A stretch of DNA of 63,310 nucleotides, counting the filler, from Phoronis australis (Eukaryota; Animalia; Phoronida): assembly GCA_002633005.1 (NCBI GenBank). It is 4 parts of 4 records of this genome, joined end to end, with 100 filler letters (N's around TTAATTAATTAA, not from the genome) between each part and the next. Parts side by side here need not be neighbours in the genome. Positions count along the whole stretch, not along the records: positions 27,178 to 39,533 come from NMRA01001646.1; 3 more parts are not named here. One strand, 5' to 3'. Of this stretch, positions 27,178-38,740 are shown one piece after another. The first letter of the stretch is position 1, and each line of letters starts with the position of its first letter. Both the position numbers and the translations under genes were made by a program. The notes below the pieces were generated by a model. That model was given only the letters and a program-made list of their open reading frames with translations. It searched no databases and was not told where the DNA came from.

Positions 27178-28037
27178 TGTACTTGACTTGCAAAATGATG
27201 AGTGTTAAGTCTCAGTCATTCAGATAGTATGAGCTTGTGTCGCTAGCTGGATTATGCTGAACATGGTGAGACAGGCTGGATAACAACAAAACATGTGTTT
27301 TGGGTGAAGAACAGATAACAATGTTATATTGCAATATTATAAAATAGGAATAAAGGGAGAGGACTATCATATGCTAAAGGAAACTGGTCGTTTACCTGAA
27401 AGAAATAGGGTTAACCTGAAAATCAAGGTGAACTGAAAAACTAAACTAGAATAAATTAGTAGTTGATTGATAATTCTCACACCAGTGTACATCATTACAT
27501 TTTTTTTAATTGAACATACAGTGCTCGCATGGGGTAAGGCCCAATTTAATTTGAGAATCCAAAAATCAGTGGGGAGAGGCATTCAACTAAAATTTCCACC
27601 TGTAAAAACTGTGGGTGGGTGGGAAGGCACTCAAGCACGGGTTAAGAAAAAATGTACATTTGGAAAATTGGAAAATTAGTGTTTACCCAAATATCAGTGT
27701 TATCCCTGACGACTACGGTATGTGAATTTTCACAACTGTGCCACGAATGACTAATAACGCGTGTTCATGAAGATTTCGCATGACAATGAAACTGTGCCTT
27801 TGCTCAAGTAAAAGTTTAGCTCCGGCGTGTAAGTTAAAACAGCACAGTTTGAGTATTTGTTGTAAAACCTGTATGGAAACTGAAGAGACAGGTGAAAAGG
27901 AGTGAACAAGTGTCTCAATTAGACAGTCATAGCAAGACAATAGTTGACTTGAGAAAATAACTAAACATTTATTGAGGAATCGTGAATCATTCATCTCAGT
28001 TGCACTCGTCAAGTCTACTGAATGCTAGTCAACATAC

Positions 28038-28185
28038 CTGGACCATAAGCTCGTACGCGTCCAGCGTTGGTACGTGGGCGGAGGGGTGCGCCCGGCTTCA
28101 GCTTGGCGTTGGGGAACTGTGCCAAGTAGGTCATCATACTGGGGTCATCCACATCCTTGCTGGTCATCTCCTCTGGCTTGATAAG
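28038..28185 (-). CDS. FLN: Filamin internal coding exon (end of calponin-homology domain 2 and linker into Ig repeat 1)
   Basis: Translates LIKPEEMTSKDVDDPSMMTYLAQFPNAKLKPGAPLRPRTNAGRVRAYGP(G), matching the filamin signature MTYLSQFPKAKLKPGAPLRP...ARAYGPG. Acceptor ttgcag with an upstream ctgac branch-like motif, donor CAG|gtatgt. 148 nt, phase 0 to phase 1; the size matches what I recall for vertebrate FLNA exon 5. Confidence 0.93.
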
Positions 28186-28758
28186 CTGCAAGTGGACACC
28201 GGTCAGTAAGTAAGTCAAGCGAATGATTAAACAAATACCCCATTTAATATTTTTTGATTCATCTTAGAACACAGAAAGGCAAGAAGCAACATGATGTGCT
28301 TCTTTACATTCAAATTTTCAGAGTGCAGAAAAAGTGAAGGTCACCATCATTCGAATGCGACGCCAGCGACAGCCATTTTGTTGGGAAATGTTGCATGTTA
28401 TGACATCAAAACAGCATTACATAGGCATACCTTTTAGCTAATTTGGTTTTCGTTCAGATTCATTATACGATGTTTCTCTACTAAAATGCAAGTCGCGGGA
28501 GTCGAGTTTGGTAAATAAGATGGCTAAAATTAAACCATTTTTTTGTATTTCGCACATGGAAATGAACCAAGATCTTTGATATGGGAACAAAAAAAACCCC
28601 AAAGCTGTGTATCCTTGCATTCTCTAACAGTAATTATGGAAAATTTTAATCAGGTTTTCCTGAAAAATCTGATCTGCGATTTATAATAGAGTATGTGAAG
28701 TAATGCAGCTTTGGGGATTTTTTGTAATGAAATGAGTAACGTGTACAAGTCAACATTT

Positions 28759-29302
28759 CAGGGCTTGGAATGACCAATGACAAAAAAACGTGGAAACTTT
28801 GAAACTTTTACGGCCCAAATCATGCCCGATAACCAGCCTTGAAATGAACCTTTCCCCGACAAAAATCGGGAGGACTAAAAAAAAAAGAAATGTTACCACC
28901 ATCAGTGGCATGCATCTGCGCTCGCCCGTCCACTCCCAACCCACACATTTTTGNCGTCTGCGTCCTTTTAGCTCGCCCATCCACTCCCAACCCACACATT
29001 TTTGGCTGCAGAGCGGTAGTATTTGTAGCCGCGCTTAAAAATAACACGAGACGCCATTGAAAATCCCACCACGCTGTCCCAGATGCCCCGGCAATGTTGA
29101 CAATTTACGTTCCTCCGAAACATAAAAAGCAACTTCCGCTTTTCGAGGTGAACGTCGTCTGCAACGCCGCGGTAAGAAAGGAATTTGCCGTGGAAATTTT
29201 ATATCAAATTCGATTTTTTTACGCGGAAATATTATAAAAAAAGCGTAAAGCACATTTGAAAAAAGTGAAAATCCGCGTTTCCGCGGAAAATTCCAAGCCC
29301 TG
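28759..29302. mobile_element. hAT-like MITE
   Basis: Perfect TIR CAGGGCTTGGAAT / ATTCCAAGCCCTG; subterminal (C)CGYGGAAA repeats; no target-site duplication; single N and local duplication at 28914-29003. Confidence 0.78.
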
Positions 29303-29696
29303 ATGTTTGTTGCAGTTTTTATGCCTGCGACTTGTTTAGATTTTCAGATGTGGAGAACACTGTCAATCATGAAGGAAATTTCTGCAGGTTCTTTTCTTTA
29401 AGAACAATCTGAATCCCAGGCTTCACCATTTGGCCAACAACATCATGATATAAATAGCCAGGCTGAACAAAGCGAGTCAGCCACCAATCATAGAACTCGA
29501 TTCTAACATTTTAGGTCGGGTAGAAGTATTGATCAAAGCCGTCTCTTGATTAGGAAATTTTCATGAGAATGAAAATAGTATACGGATATTAATCCTAACG
29601 TCCAGCGCTGCTTTTTTATAAGGTGGATATGTGCAGTATACCATTGGTGTGTCAGTCTCTGCATGCCTTTGCCGTACGTAACAGTGCAAAACTCAC

Positions 29697-29738
29697 CTCC
29701 GTTATTCCACTGGCTGTTTCCACCACCGCCGCCACCAC
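29697..29738 (-). CDS. Candidate 42-nt micro-exon, Gly-rich in phase 1
   Basis: Acceptor tctctgtgttacag, donor GAG|gtgagt. Phase 1 reads GGGGGGGNSQWNNG with GGN wobble; phase 0 is also open (VVAAVVETASGITE). Confidence 0.6.
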
Positions 29739-32138
29739 CTGTAACACAGAGAATATACACCACTTAAAACATGAGACTACAACGGCGTGTTGATGTCACC
29801 ATATTGTAACTGCCCTTTTGATGGGGTCTTTTAACTATGTTTTCAAGAATCCAAACTACAATATAAAAGTAAGGCTCAATTATATGTATTTGTGAAGAGT
29901 GAGACACACAACTTGGGTGATTTAAGAAACATTGTTAAAAGACCATCCAGCAAACACGGAGTTAATGCGGTACAATGTAGACAGTTTCACCCACAAATAT
30001 TTCATAAAACTGACCATTTCACTACTAACGTTTTTGTGAATGGCCACAATTTCTGTCTTGATGATAGCTTTTGTTTTAAGAAAAAATAGAATGTCTCTTG
30101 TTCGTCATATAAAGATCTAAATTAGAGACTTTGCCATAGAAATCGCAATTTGACAAAATCCAAAAGTTCCCACTCGGCAATATTCTCCAAGTTCATGACA
30201 ATACCAGCTTAAGTCTAGCACCCATAATAGGCAAAACTAAACAATGACATAACACTGCCCATTATCAGCTTTCATGAACTGCACTAGACAAGGTTGTACA
30301 TATTTTTAGGTTGAGGCATAACTTACAAGCATCCAGTACTTGTAATCTTGAAGGCAAATAAACAATCATGCAACCAGTGACATCAACACTCCCTTAAGCT
30401 TTCTTAATGTTGCCCATTCAAACTTTAAGATAGACTAAAGTGATACCTTGATAAAAGAATGTGCAACGTTCTAATCACATGTGTAGTAGATGTAAGTTCT
30501 GTTTGCATCCTTCATATTACCACCTTTGTACACCAAAACACACTGGCTGCTCAGTCATTTCATTTTACACTTTATTAAATGCAGTTCGCAAATTTTTGTC
30601 TCTCTATTTATCGTTTTTAAACAAGATCCTTTCTCGGCAGGCAGATGAACCAAAGTTAGTAAGCCTAAACATTCATAACATTTGTCAATTTATGGCATTG
30701 CCGTGCTGAAACTGATACTCAAATATTGTTACAACCAAATTCACATTTGTTACCATTTAAAGTAGGCTTTAGCATCAGATTTCCAGTTTCCACTTTATTC
30801 TACATGGCTAAACAGGATCGTCGCTTAACTACCACTAGCCAATACACCAATCAAGTTTTAACAATTTTAAGCAGACAATAATACGTCGCCTTTCCAATTT
30901 CAAGTCAACACTTAACAGCACCGACTCGATAACCATTTTCCAAGTGAACCACATACTTGGCATCACATTATACACTCTTTCACCATAGCCCTTGTATTAA
31001 CTCGCATCTTTGGCCTTTACCAGTTTAAATTTTAACTTTGATTTTGGTTGCCAATATTAATTATTTATTTGTAAAATCGTGCACAAATTTTCAATTACTG
31101 TTCAGTATGTCAAGGTTGAAAGTCTTTTTATAGTACCAACTCAGGGAAACTCAAATACAACGCAGTTCACACCTGCAGCGTGATTCTTGGGTACAAGGCG
31201 ATACATTTGACCACCTATCTAGAATTCACACCCATGAAATACCTTCTCTGGAGTACGATTTTTGTTTATTTAGAATACCTTGATGCACACTATAATTCAA
31301 ACACAATAAACCAAAAGCCCTGATGTAAAATAAGGGTTGAGCAGTGATTTTCTCATCCAGTACTCTGCATAATCTCGCATTAGACCACTTATTGGTGGAA
31401 CACACCTGATTAATTAAACAGCAGTGTGCCAAAACAGTTTGAATGCAAGCTATGCGGTAAATCACCAAACAAAAGTATCTCCTGCTCGTTCATTGTAACT
31501 GTGTGTATTACATTTACGTGGGTTGCTACGAACGTAGTTCAAAGCTCGGTAACCATTTTGCATGGCGTGTGTAGCACATCAAGCTATGAGCCAAGATAAA
31601 CATCACGTGGAGCTAGTAGCTCCATGTGTCTCTCATCCTAACACAAGGTCGACCGCAAAACCTTTAATACACTTCATATTGAAATCGACAAGTTGAAAAG
31701 TGTACCTGTCTGTGGGTTATTATGGTGAACTGTTTTACCCTAGTCTTTCCAATAAGTATTGTTCCTTCTGGTCCAAGCTTTAGCTGGACTTCTTCAGCAT
31801 TGATTATTGCTTAGTAGTGTTTGGTTTCTTACAAATACATGCTACTTTCAAAGGAAATTTGTGGGCACACATCACTGTACTATGAATTCCACGCACAGAA
31901 CAATTAAAATTTACCCAAAGCACTGAACAATACATAAAAGACAAAGATGGTACGCTATTTGGGAAGACAGTGAACTCAAGTAAATCAAAATTTCCCCTCA
32001 ACTTCTCACGTCACTTTACGAGCCAAACGTAGCATGTTAGCCTAAAAACGCACCCTGTGCACAAAAATAGTAACCATTTACTTTACTTCGGAGAGTCTTC
32101 CCAAAAGCGACCCGGTACATACGGTACCGTCAACTTAC

Positions 32139-32170
32139 CACCATACTTATTGTAACCGCCTCTACCGCCG
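32139..32170 (-). CDS. Candidate 32-nt micro-exon, RGG/Gly-Tyr-rich
   Basis: Acceptor tctgtttcag, donor GTG|gtaagt. Phase 2 to 1 reads GGRGGYNKYG, compatible with the 42-nt exon downstream. Confidence 0.55.
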
Positions 32171-33173
32171 CTGAAACAGATTAACAAGTGAGGCCCAGTT
32201 CTGTGTCACCCCATACTCGCCCCCATGTAAAATGGAAGTTCGTATAGCAGAGGACTCTTGTCTTGAAGGTACTGTCATCAGCACCCTAGTCACTGGCTAG
32301 CTCCAGTGATCACCAGTCATGTAGTAGAACACCGTTTACTCAGCCACTGCAGTAATCCCCTTTGTGAGAAACCTATGCAGTGTTACCCTTTTGTTTTCTC
32401 AAAGACCAATGCCAATCAAGTCGCCAATAAGGAGGGCCAACATGACATTTCATTTGCACAGTCTTTTACGCTTTGTATTGCAGACTTCTAGCTTATAAAG
32501 TTTGAAATATGCAAAACTCACTTTCATGCTCACAGACTTTCTCATGTTAGCTGTCTAGTTTTATTGAAGACCAAAAGTATGACACTGCGTTTTTAATAAC
32601 ACCGAAACCATGCACCTGAAGCTATGATTATAATTTTTCATATTCAGACTTAACGACCCCCAACGTGAGTTACTATCACAGCCTTCGCGAGTCACGTTCA
32701 CAAACTTGAGCTCTACTTACAAGACTGGATATACATCCCTTGATAACACGAGACCTAAATGTTCGCATTTTCAGTCGGCATTTGAAAAAAACACCTCATG
32801 AATTTTGCTTTTTATAAGTTAATCCCACCAACACTTTTTGAAACGAACACTTTAGTAATTGGCATTTTCGATACTGCCAACATACAGCACAAACTCTATT
32901 ACGTAACAGGTCTTTTCAATTGGCACCCACAATGTTTTCAACAGAACAAATCAGAATTTTTTTCACCGACCACTTTTAACAGCAAAGTTTTTCAAAATGC
33001 CTAAATATCAGTACTTTTTTAAACTGGTTACAATAATTATACAGTGCCAGGCACTGCTCTACAACCCTTGTTAAAAGGAAACAAGTCAGTTGTAGGACCA
33101 AACTAGCACATTTTTGTCATTATTGTTGGTAACGCAGGCTACAAGATAGCAAAATCCGGTGGTTTTGTGATTN

Positions 33174-33427
33174 TTATCAAATTACGTTGAGGACATCCGA
33201 AGATACAGAGGTAAGCGTAAAAAATAAAATTGCCACCAGGGGGCACACCTGCAGTCAGAGAGGTCTGAAATTCGTCGTCGTCCGTTGTCAGCTTCATAGG
33301 AACACATCTGCCAAATCTCATCAAGATCCTTGGAGGGGTTTAGGAGATATAGCTGCGGACGCCGGACGCCCGGACAGACAGAGATGATGACAATATTCTA
33401 CCACATACAAATATGTGGGCGCATAAA
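33174..33427 (+). mobile_element. Helentron/DINE-like non-autonomous rolling-circle element, 3' part
   Basis: cggacgccggacgcccggacagacaga micro-repeat, 3' hairpin CCACATA-caaa-TATGTGG, then ataaaaa. Related reverse-strand fragment at about 25820-25970. Flanked by a duplicated ~100-bp host segment. Confidence 0.6.
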
Positions 33428-34340
33428 AAGGACACAAGTCAGTTGTAAGACCAAACTAGCACATTTTTGTCATTATTGTTGGTAACGCAGGCTACAAGAT
33501 AGCAAAATCCGGTGGTTTTGTGATTGCATAAGAAATCCTCAATTCCTGTCAAGAGCTTCCAGTTATTCGACAGTGTTAACTTTATTACATGTTAACTTAA
33601 TTACATTTAAAAGACTCGTTACTAGCCGCATTGGCTTTTACCTCTAGTAACATAGTGTGGGACTGTGACTGCTGAAGTAGTGGGTCACTTTAAATGATAC
33701 AAATCAACAGTTACATCAGTACGTGTCCTAAGCAAGCTTCATCACCTTCACTCCATCTAGAATTAACTGCTATGTCATTATCTATCGAAATAAAAATTTG
33801 AACACAAGATAGCACTGTATTGACTATTTTTCAAATCTTCACTCCAATAGTCTCTGTCGTTTTTCTGAAATTTGGTATGTAGATAGATCTCGCCAAGTGT
33901 TGTAAACTGATGCCATTGAGGTTTTTTCATTTTCAAGGATTGCTCTTTTACTGAACATTATTCTTTGCTACACACATGCTTTATTATGTCAAACATCCAT
34001 TCATCAGCATCGACCTTCATTATCATCACTGTCGTCATTTATCTTTCAATTAAACATATAATTTGAAAATTATTAAAGATACTCCTTGCACTTATTTTCA
34101 GTTAAATATTCACGAAAGTAATTTGACTGTAAACAAGTCTAGTTTGGACTAATTTCCAAATGATCTCGTTCAACACATTTTGAAAATTACCGAGATTCAG
34201 ACATGGAATTTAAAAAAAATAATTTTGGAGTATCAGATTGTACAGCAACAAAAGGCCACCATTAGTCGAATAACGTTGAACTTTGCTTTTCATGAATTGC
34301 CAGTGACAAAGGGAAGTCCTTGTTCAAGTGTACTTTATTA

Positions 34341-37291
34341 CCGTAAACGTTCGGATTAACGTCCTGGGCAGTTTAAATTGGCAAACCCAAAAAATCGGGG
34401 GTGGGCGGTTAACCAGACATGGGTGCTTAAACATGAAATTTCAAGAAATGCAGGGTGGGTGGTTAACTGAACATGGGCGCTTATCACGATACTAAACCGC
34501 CCTGGGCGGTTAATCTTACCTCACGACAGACGTACTTGGAACGCGTAGCACTTTTCAAAGAGCTTTATCGTCACGTCGGTAAAAATGTCATTAACAGCAT
34601 ATGATCCCAACAAATGTTCTTTTGCCCTCAGATTGGTCATTCACAATTAAATTTACAAAATTAGTCAGCAATAGTCCAGTGCCGCCCTGTGATCTTATTA
34701 GAGATGTAATGCGCCGACGACCAGTAACAAGAACTTGGATTGCAACTGTTCTCGCGCGATGACACTGCGCGCGTGCGAGCTTCACCAGTTGAAGAGGTCA
34801 CAGCAGACATCAAATTTATTCTGTCAAGTTCTGAGTCAGACATGTAATAAAAGTTTGAAAAGCTAACACAGTTGTTTGGGATGTTTATATTTAAGAATTC
34901 CTGTCTCAATGACATTTTCAACGTATGGTTCTGCGGCTAGCTGTTTTATCTCGACCGCGTGGCGTGGCTCACTTTCAGTTGCGTGAAACATGCCACGCAA
35001 AGACAAAAATCGGGGGTAAGCAGACACGAGCCAGTAGTCAATCAAAAGTTACCGCAATGACATTACTCAAAAACTAGCATTTGACAAAAATTTTATTTTA
35101 AAAAATACTAACATTATGACTGGGGATGAGTCTAGTGAGCGCGTGAGTCCGAGGAAAAATTAATTGTTCGCAATCGTATCTGTGGCTTTAAAAAATAATT
35201 CATAGATGAAGCCCCAATTATTAGGGTAACCGGCACCTGTGGTTTGCGCGGCTATACGACTTAAATTAGTGAAGAGCTCCAACCGGCAAAGCTGCCTTAC
35301 CGAGTCAATGTTGTTGCAACCGGGACTCCGCACTCAGCATTGCGAACTGAAGGTCGCATTGGCGACCTGAAATTTGGAAATGCAAGCCAACATTATGGTC
35401 GTCTTGTATCTAGCCGAATCATGCCACCTGGAATTCCAACGCATGTGAGCCAATTTTTAGCGGAAAATAAAAACCTGGCAAACATAAAGCAACTCGTGTG
35501 AATCTGTCCTTTATTTGGTAGTGCCAAATCAAGTTGAACACTTACAGAGAACAAACAACCCTCTCATTGACATGTAAACAAGTCGCGTGAACACGAATGT
35601 AATTAAGAACCTATCTGTGACACGTTTCAATGGCTAACGTTTCGGTTACTTTTGCAATTTTTCGGATACGCCGAAGAAAATTTCGAACTGCGGCATAAAT
35701 ATGTGATAAAGATCACAAAGCAGCGATGCTTCTATTCATTCTTAAATGACCAACTTACCAAACTTTGTGGAGGAAAATTATTTATTTACACGCAATATGT
35801 ACAGATTATCCTAATATAATATCACCTACAATATTGCACTACAGCACTGGTCAGTCCTGCTGTTTGCGTGCAATATGCTGCAGACAATCGCGACTTGGAA
35901 ATGCCGTAGAGTAATATATAGACCAGTCTTTCAATTACTCGTGTCGATTTTCTGTGGCAAAAGACAGCGGCGATATTTAGCACGCGATCTGATCGAGTCA
36001 CCTGTCACTCACATATGTTGTTGTCAAGGTAATATACACTCCAGAGTGTGGGAACTTGAGCGCATGCAACACTCCAACGTCGCACAAGATCAAAGGAGAA
36101 CAGCGACAGTCCTAAGTAAAGGGGTATACCCACATGACTGCACGTTTAAGTTGTTGTTATAAAAGACCCGGTGTTCTGCGATATTCCTGACTGTTCCAAT
36201 AACCAACTGCGATGTCAAGTCTGTTCGAATATTTCCCGACTTGATGTTCCCTAGGCCCGATGTTCTATGCCCGTAGCTAGCTGCGTGCGCGTCATTACCA
36301 CTGTTGGCAATTTTCAGTCAGTCTGCGTCGCAGATATTTCAGACTCGAATGGTAAGAATTTTGTTCAGGCTGAAACTAGCCAATGTCGAAACAAAAATCT
36401 TCGGAAAGCTAAAAAGGGTAGGTGAATACGATAATTAACTCACAGTCACGCCTAGGCGGGAGTTGTCGCAAGAAATCGTAGTTATAAATAACCACCAGCG
36501 ACATTGGCGAAATCTGCTAACGCCAGTTTGACTGGGATATAAGCGAAAAACAAAATGACATGCAGTTTTTTATTACTTCAAGATGATACACAAAGATCCA
36601 GTAACGTATTGCCAACCTTTGAATTCAGAAATTCAGAAACAGCAAATCGGTGAGGCACACTGTCCATTAGGTCGCCACACATCCTTGATAACCTGGCAAT
36701 AACATTCATCAAAATGGGGAGAATTTGACATCTTTCCGCGTGAGTTATGGGAAATCTTCAAAATACGAGAGCTTCCCACCTAAAGCGAACTGGAAGGGTT
36801 GGCAAAACCACTGCCACATTTCTCTGGCCTGATTTTTTTGAACATATGTTTTATCTAGTGCACTGCAGACGGAAACTCGGCACGGGTGACTGCGTCGCTA
36901 AAAGTGGAGGTATTGAAGCCGGCGAGGTTCTTAATCTTTGTGAACATGGGAAGATTATATTTTGAAGTAAATCCATGACTGGACAACAATTTTTTACTTG
37001 TATTACAATTTACATTGCCAAACCGCCGGCTCCGAGACCGTCGTTGCACTCATTGTGATCATCGATCTAAAAGTCAGGGAATCGCGCGTTGCTTTAGCAC
37101 TGGGCGCCAAATCTTCAATCTTTAAAAGTCGGGGATGGGTGCTTAACCGAGAGGTAGGCACTTAACTGGAAATCTTCAAAAATCGCAGAGGGTGCATGCT
37201 TAACCGAGCAGTGGGCGGTTAAATCGAAAATCCACTTAATGTGGGGGATGGGCGGTTAACTGTGCATGGGAGTTAACCCGAATGTTTACGG
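34341..37291. mobile_element. Non-autonomous Tc1/mariner-superfamily (Tc2/pogo-like) DNA transposon, about 2.95 kb
   Basis: TIRs CCGTAAACGTTCGGATTAAC versus (reverse complement) CCGTAAACATTCGGGTTAAC; TA on both flanks (34339-40, 37292-93); subterminal GGGCGGTTAAC-type repeats at both ends; no transposase ORF. CCGTA termini are typical of Tc2-like elements. Confidence 0.82.
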
Positions 37292-37502
37292 TAAATGTTC
37301 CCAGTTATATCTCTCGGTAAACGAAAAAGGGTCTTTAAAGGAAAATGACACCAGATTTAATTAGTTTTTTTACTGTCTTCATCGGTTTATATCCACCATC
37401 GCCTCTTATACGGCCGACCTCACCTTGTCAAGAGGTGTTGCGTTAACCTGTGAGGAAGGTGAGAAACGACACGGCGACGTCAGTGGCTCGACTGCAGCTA
37501 GA

Positions 37503-37792
37503 ATGCCGCTATATTGCGGTGCATCGTTCCCGCTTGTTCGAACTATGAAGCTGCGAAGAAAGCGGGTATATCGTTTTTTCGACTTCCTCGAGAGCCCGAA
37601 GTGCTTAGGAATTGGCTCGCGGTAATGAAGCATGAAAAGTACGCTGTCAATAGCACGTATGAGGCCGTGAAACATCTCTGTGTCTGTGGCCGGCATTTCG
37701 TCGACAGTGATTTCTCTGACGAATTCCGGCTTACCAAAGAACTATCCATACGTTCCGTTGCATGTTCACGGCACCTCTCTAGTATTTCTTGA
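37503..37792 (+). pseudogene. THAP zinc-finger N-terminus of a transposase, frameshifted and truncated
   Basis: RCIVPACSN...ISFFRLP...W...LCVCGRHFVDSDF gives the C2CH THAP pattern. ATG CCG at 37503 is separated from CGG TGC by 8 nt; removing them restores MPRCIVPAC. Confidence 0.85.
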
Positions 37793-38442
37793 TCAGTGTA
37801 TTCCGGTTCAAACTGATAGCCTGTGAAACCTAACGATCCGACCCGTGAAGTCTTCATCGGATGAGCTCTTGACTAAGTTGGGATTGGTGCCGGGCGAGTT
37901 GCCATGTAGACATTTATTATTCTGCGTTCTGTTTCAAAATGAATTATTCTCACCCTAACCAATGCTTATAAAAAACTGAAACAAAGTCTGTCTCATTAAA
38001 TACACCTTGTAATGCCTTTGCAGTATTCGTGAGTGCAAATGTTGAGAAGCCAGCAATCAATGAACCACTGCATTACCGGCTTTTGATGCCAGCAATAAAG
38101 GCAATTGGGCGGACACTGAGGCCGCTTGAGCACATGCTAATTAAGTGCTTGCTGACAGAAAGCTGTTGTGAAACAATTACTCAATTTTATATGCTATGGT
38201 CACATGTTAGGGGAATCTTTATTTAGAAATACAAATACATTATTCAAATCATTGTTACAGTACAACTTTTGCCCTGACGGTCTGTGGAAGGGGAACCCGA
38301 CTTCGTGGCCCTGACAAGTAGATTTTCAGTTTCATGGCTAATTCACATAAATGATTACGTGCACATTATTTCTTTGGCTCACTATCATAGTCTTTTCGTG
38401 ACTGGAGGTTTAATTTCAAACTCAAGCTGGTTTATACTCATG

Positions 38443-38558
38443 CCAGTCCCGGCGGCCGCGACAGGCCTGATCGGGTTCCGAGCCACTGACCGGGATAACG
38501 AGTCAGTCCGGCTGCGACGGACCTGATTGGGTTCCGAGCCACTGGCCGGGATAACAAG
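38443..38558 (+). repeat. Two-copy tandem repeat of about 59 bp, GC-rich
   Basis: cctgatcgggttccgagccactgaccgggataac followed by cctgattgggttccgagccactggccgggataac. Confidence 0.85.
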
Positions 38559-38580
38559 CATTTTGTGTGTTTAGAAATCA

Positions 38581-38740
38581 AAAAATCACAAGTCTAAACA
38601 ACACAGATCTAGGTTCTGCTGTCTGCATTTCACGGAAGAATACTTCGAATTTATCTCCGAACAGACCCCTGAAACTCCTGCTACGGACCTTGGTAAATTG
38701 GCCTGCCGAACTTTGTAGGCTACGGTGTGTCCAGATACCA
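38581..38740 (+). pseudogene. Second degenerate THAP-domain fragment
   Basis: Frame from 38581 reads KNHKSKQHRSRFCCLHFTEEYF (CxxHF motif), followed by an in-frame stop; no intact N-terminus. Confidence 0.5.

Noticed and set aside
28431-28437. 7-nt minus-strand micro-exon (tag|CTAAAAG|gtatgc) upstream of the filamin exon
   Set aside because: No polypyrimidine tract, and it does not reconcile the reading frames.
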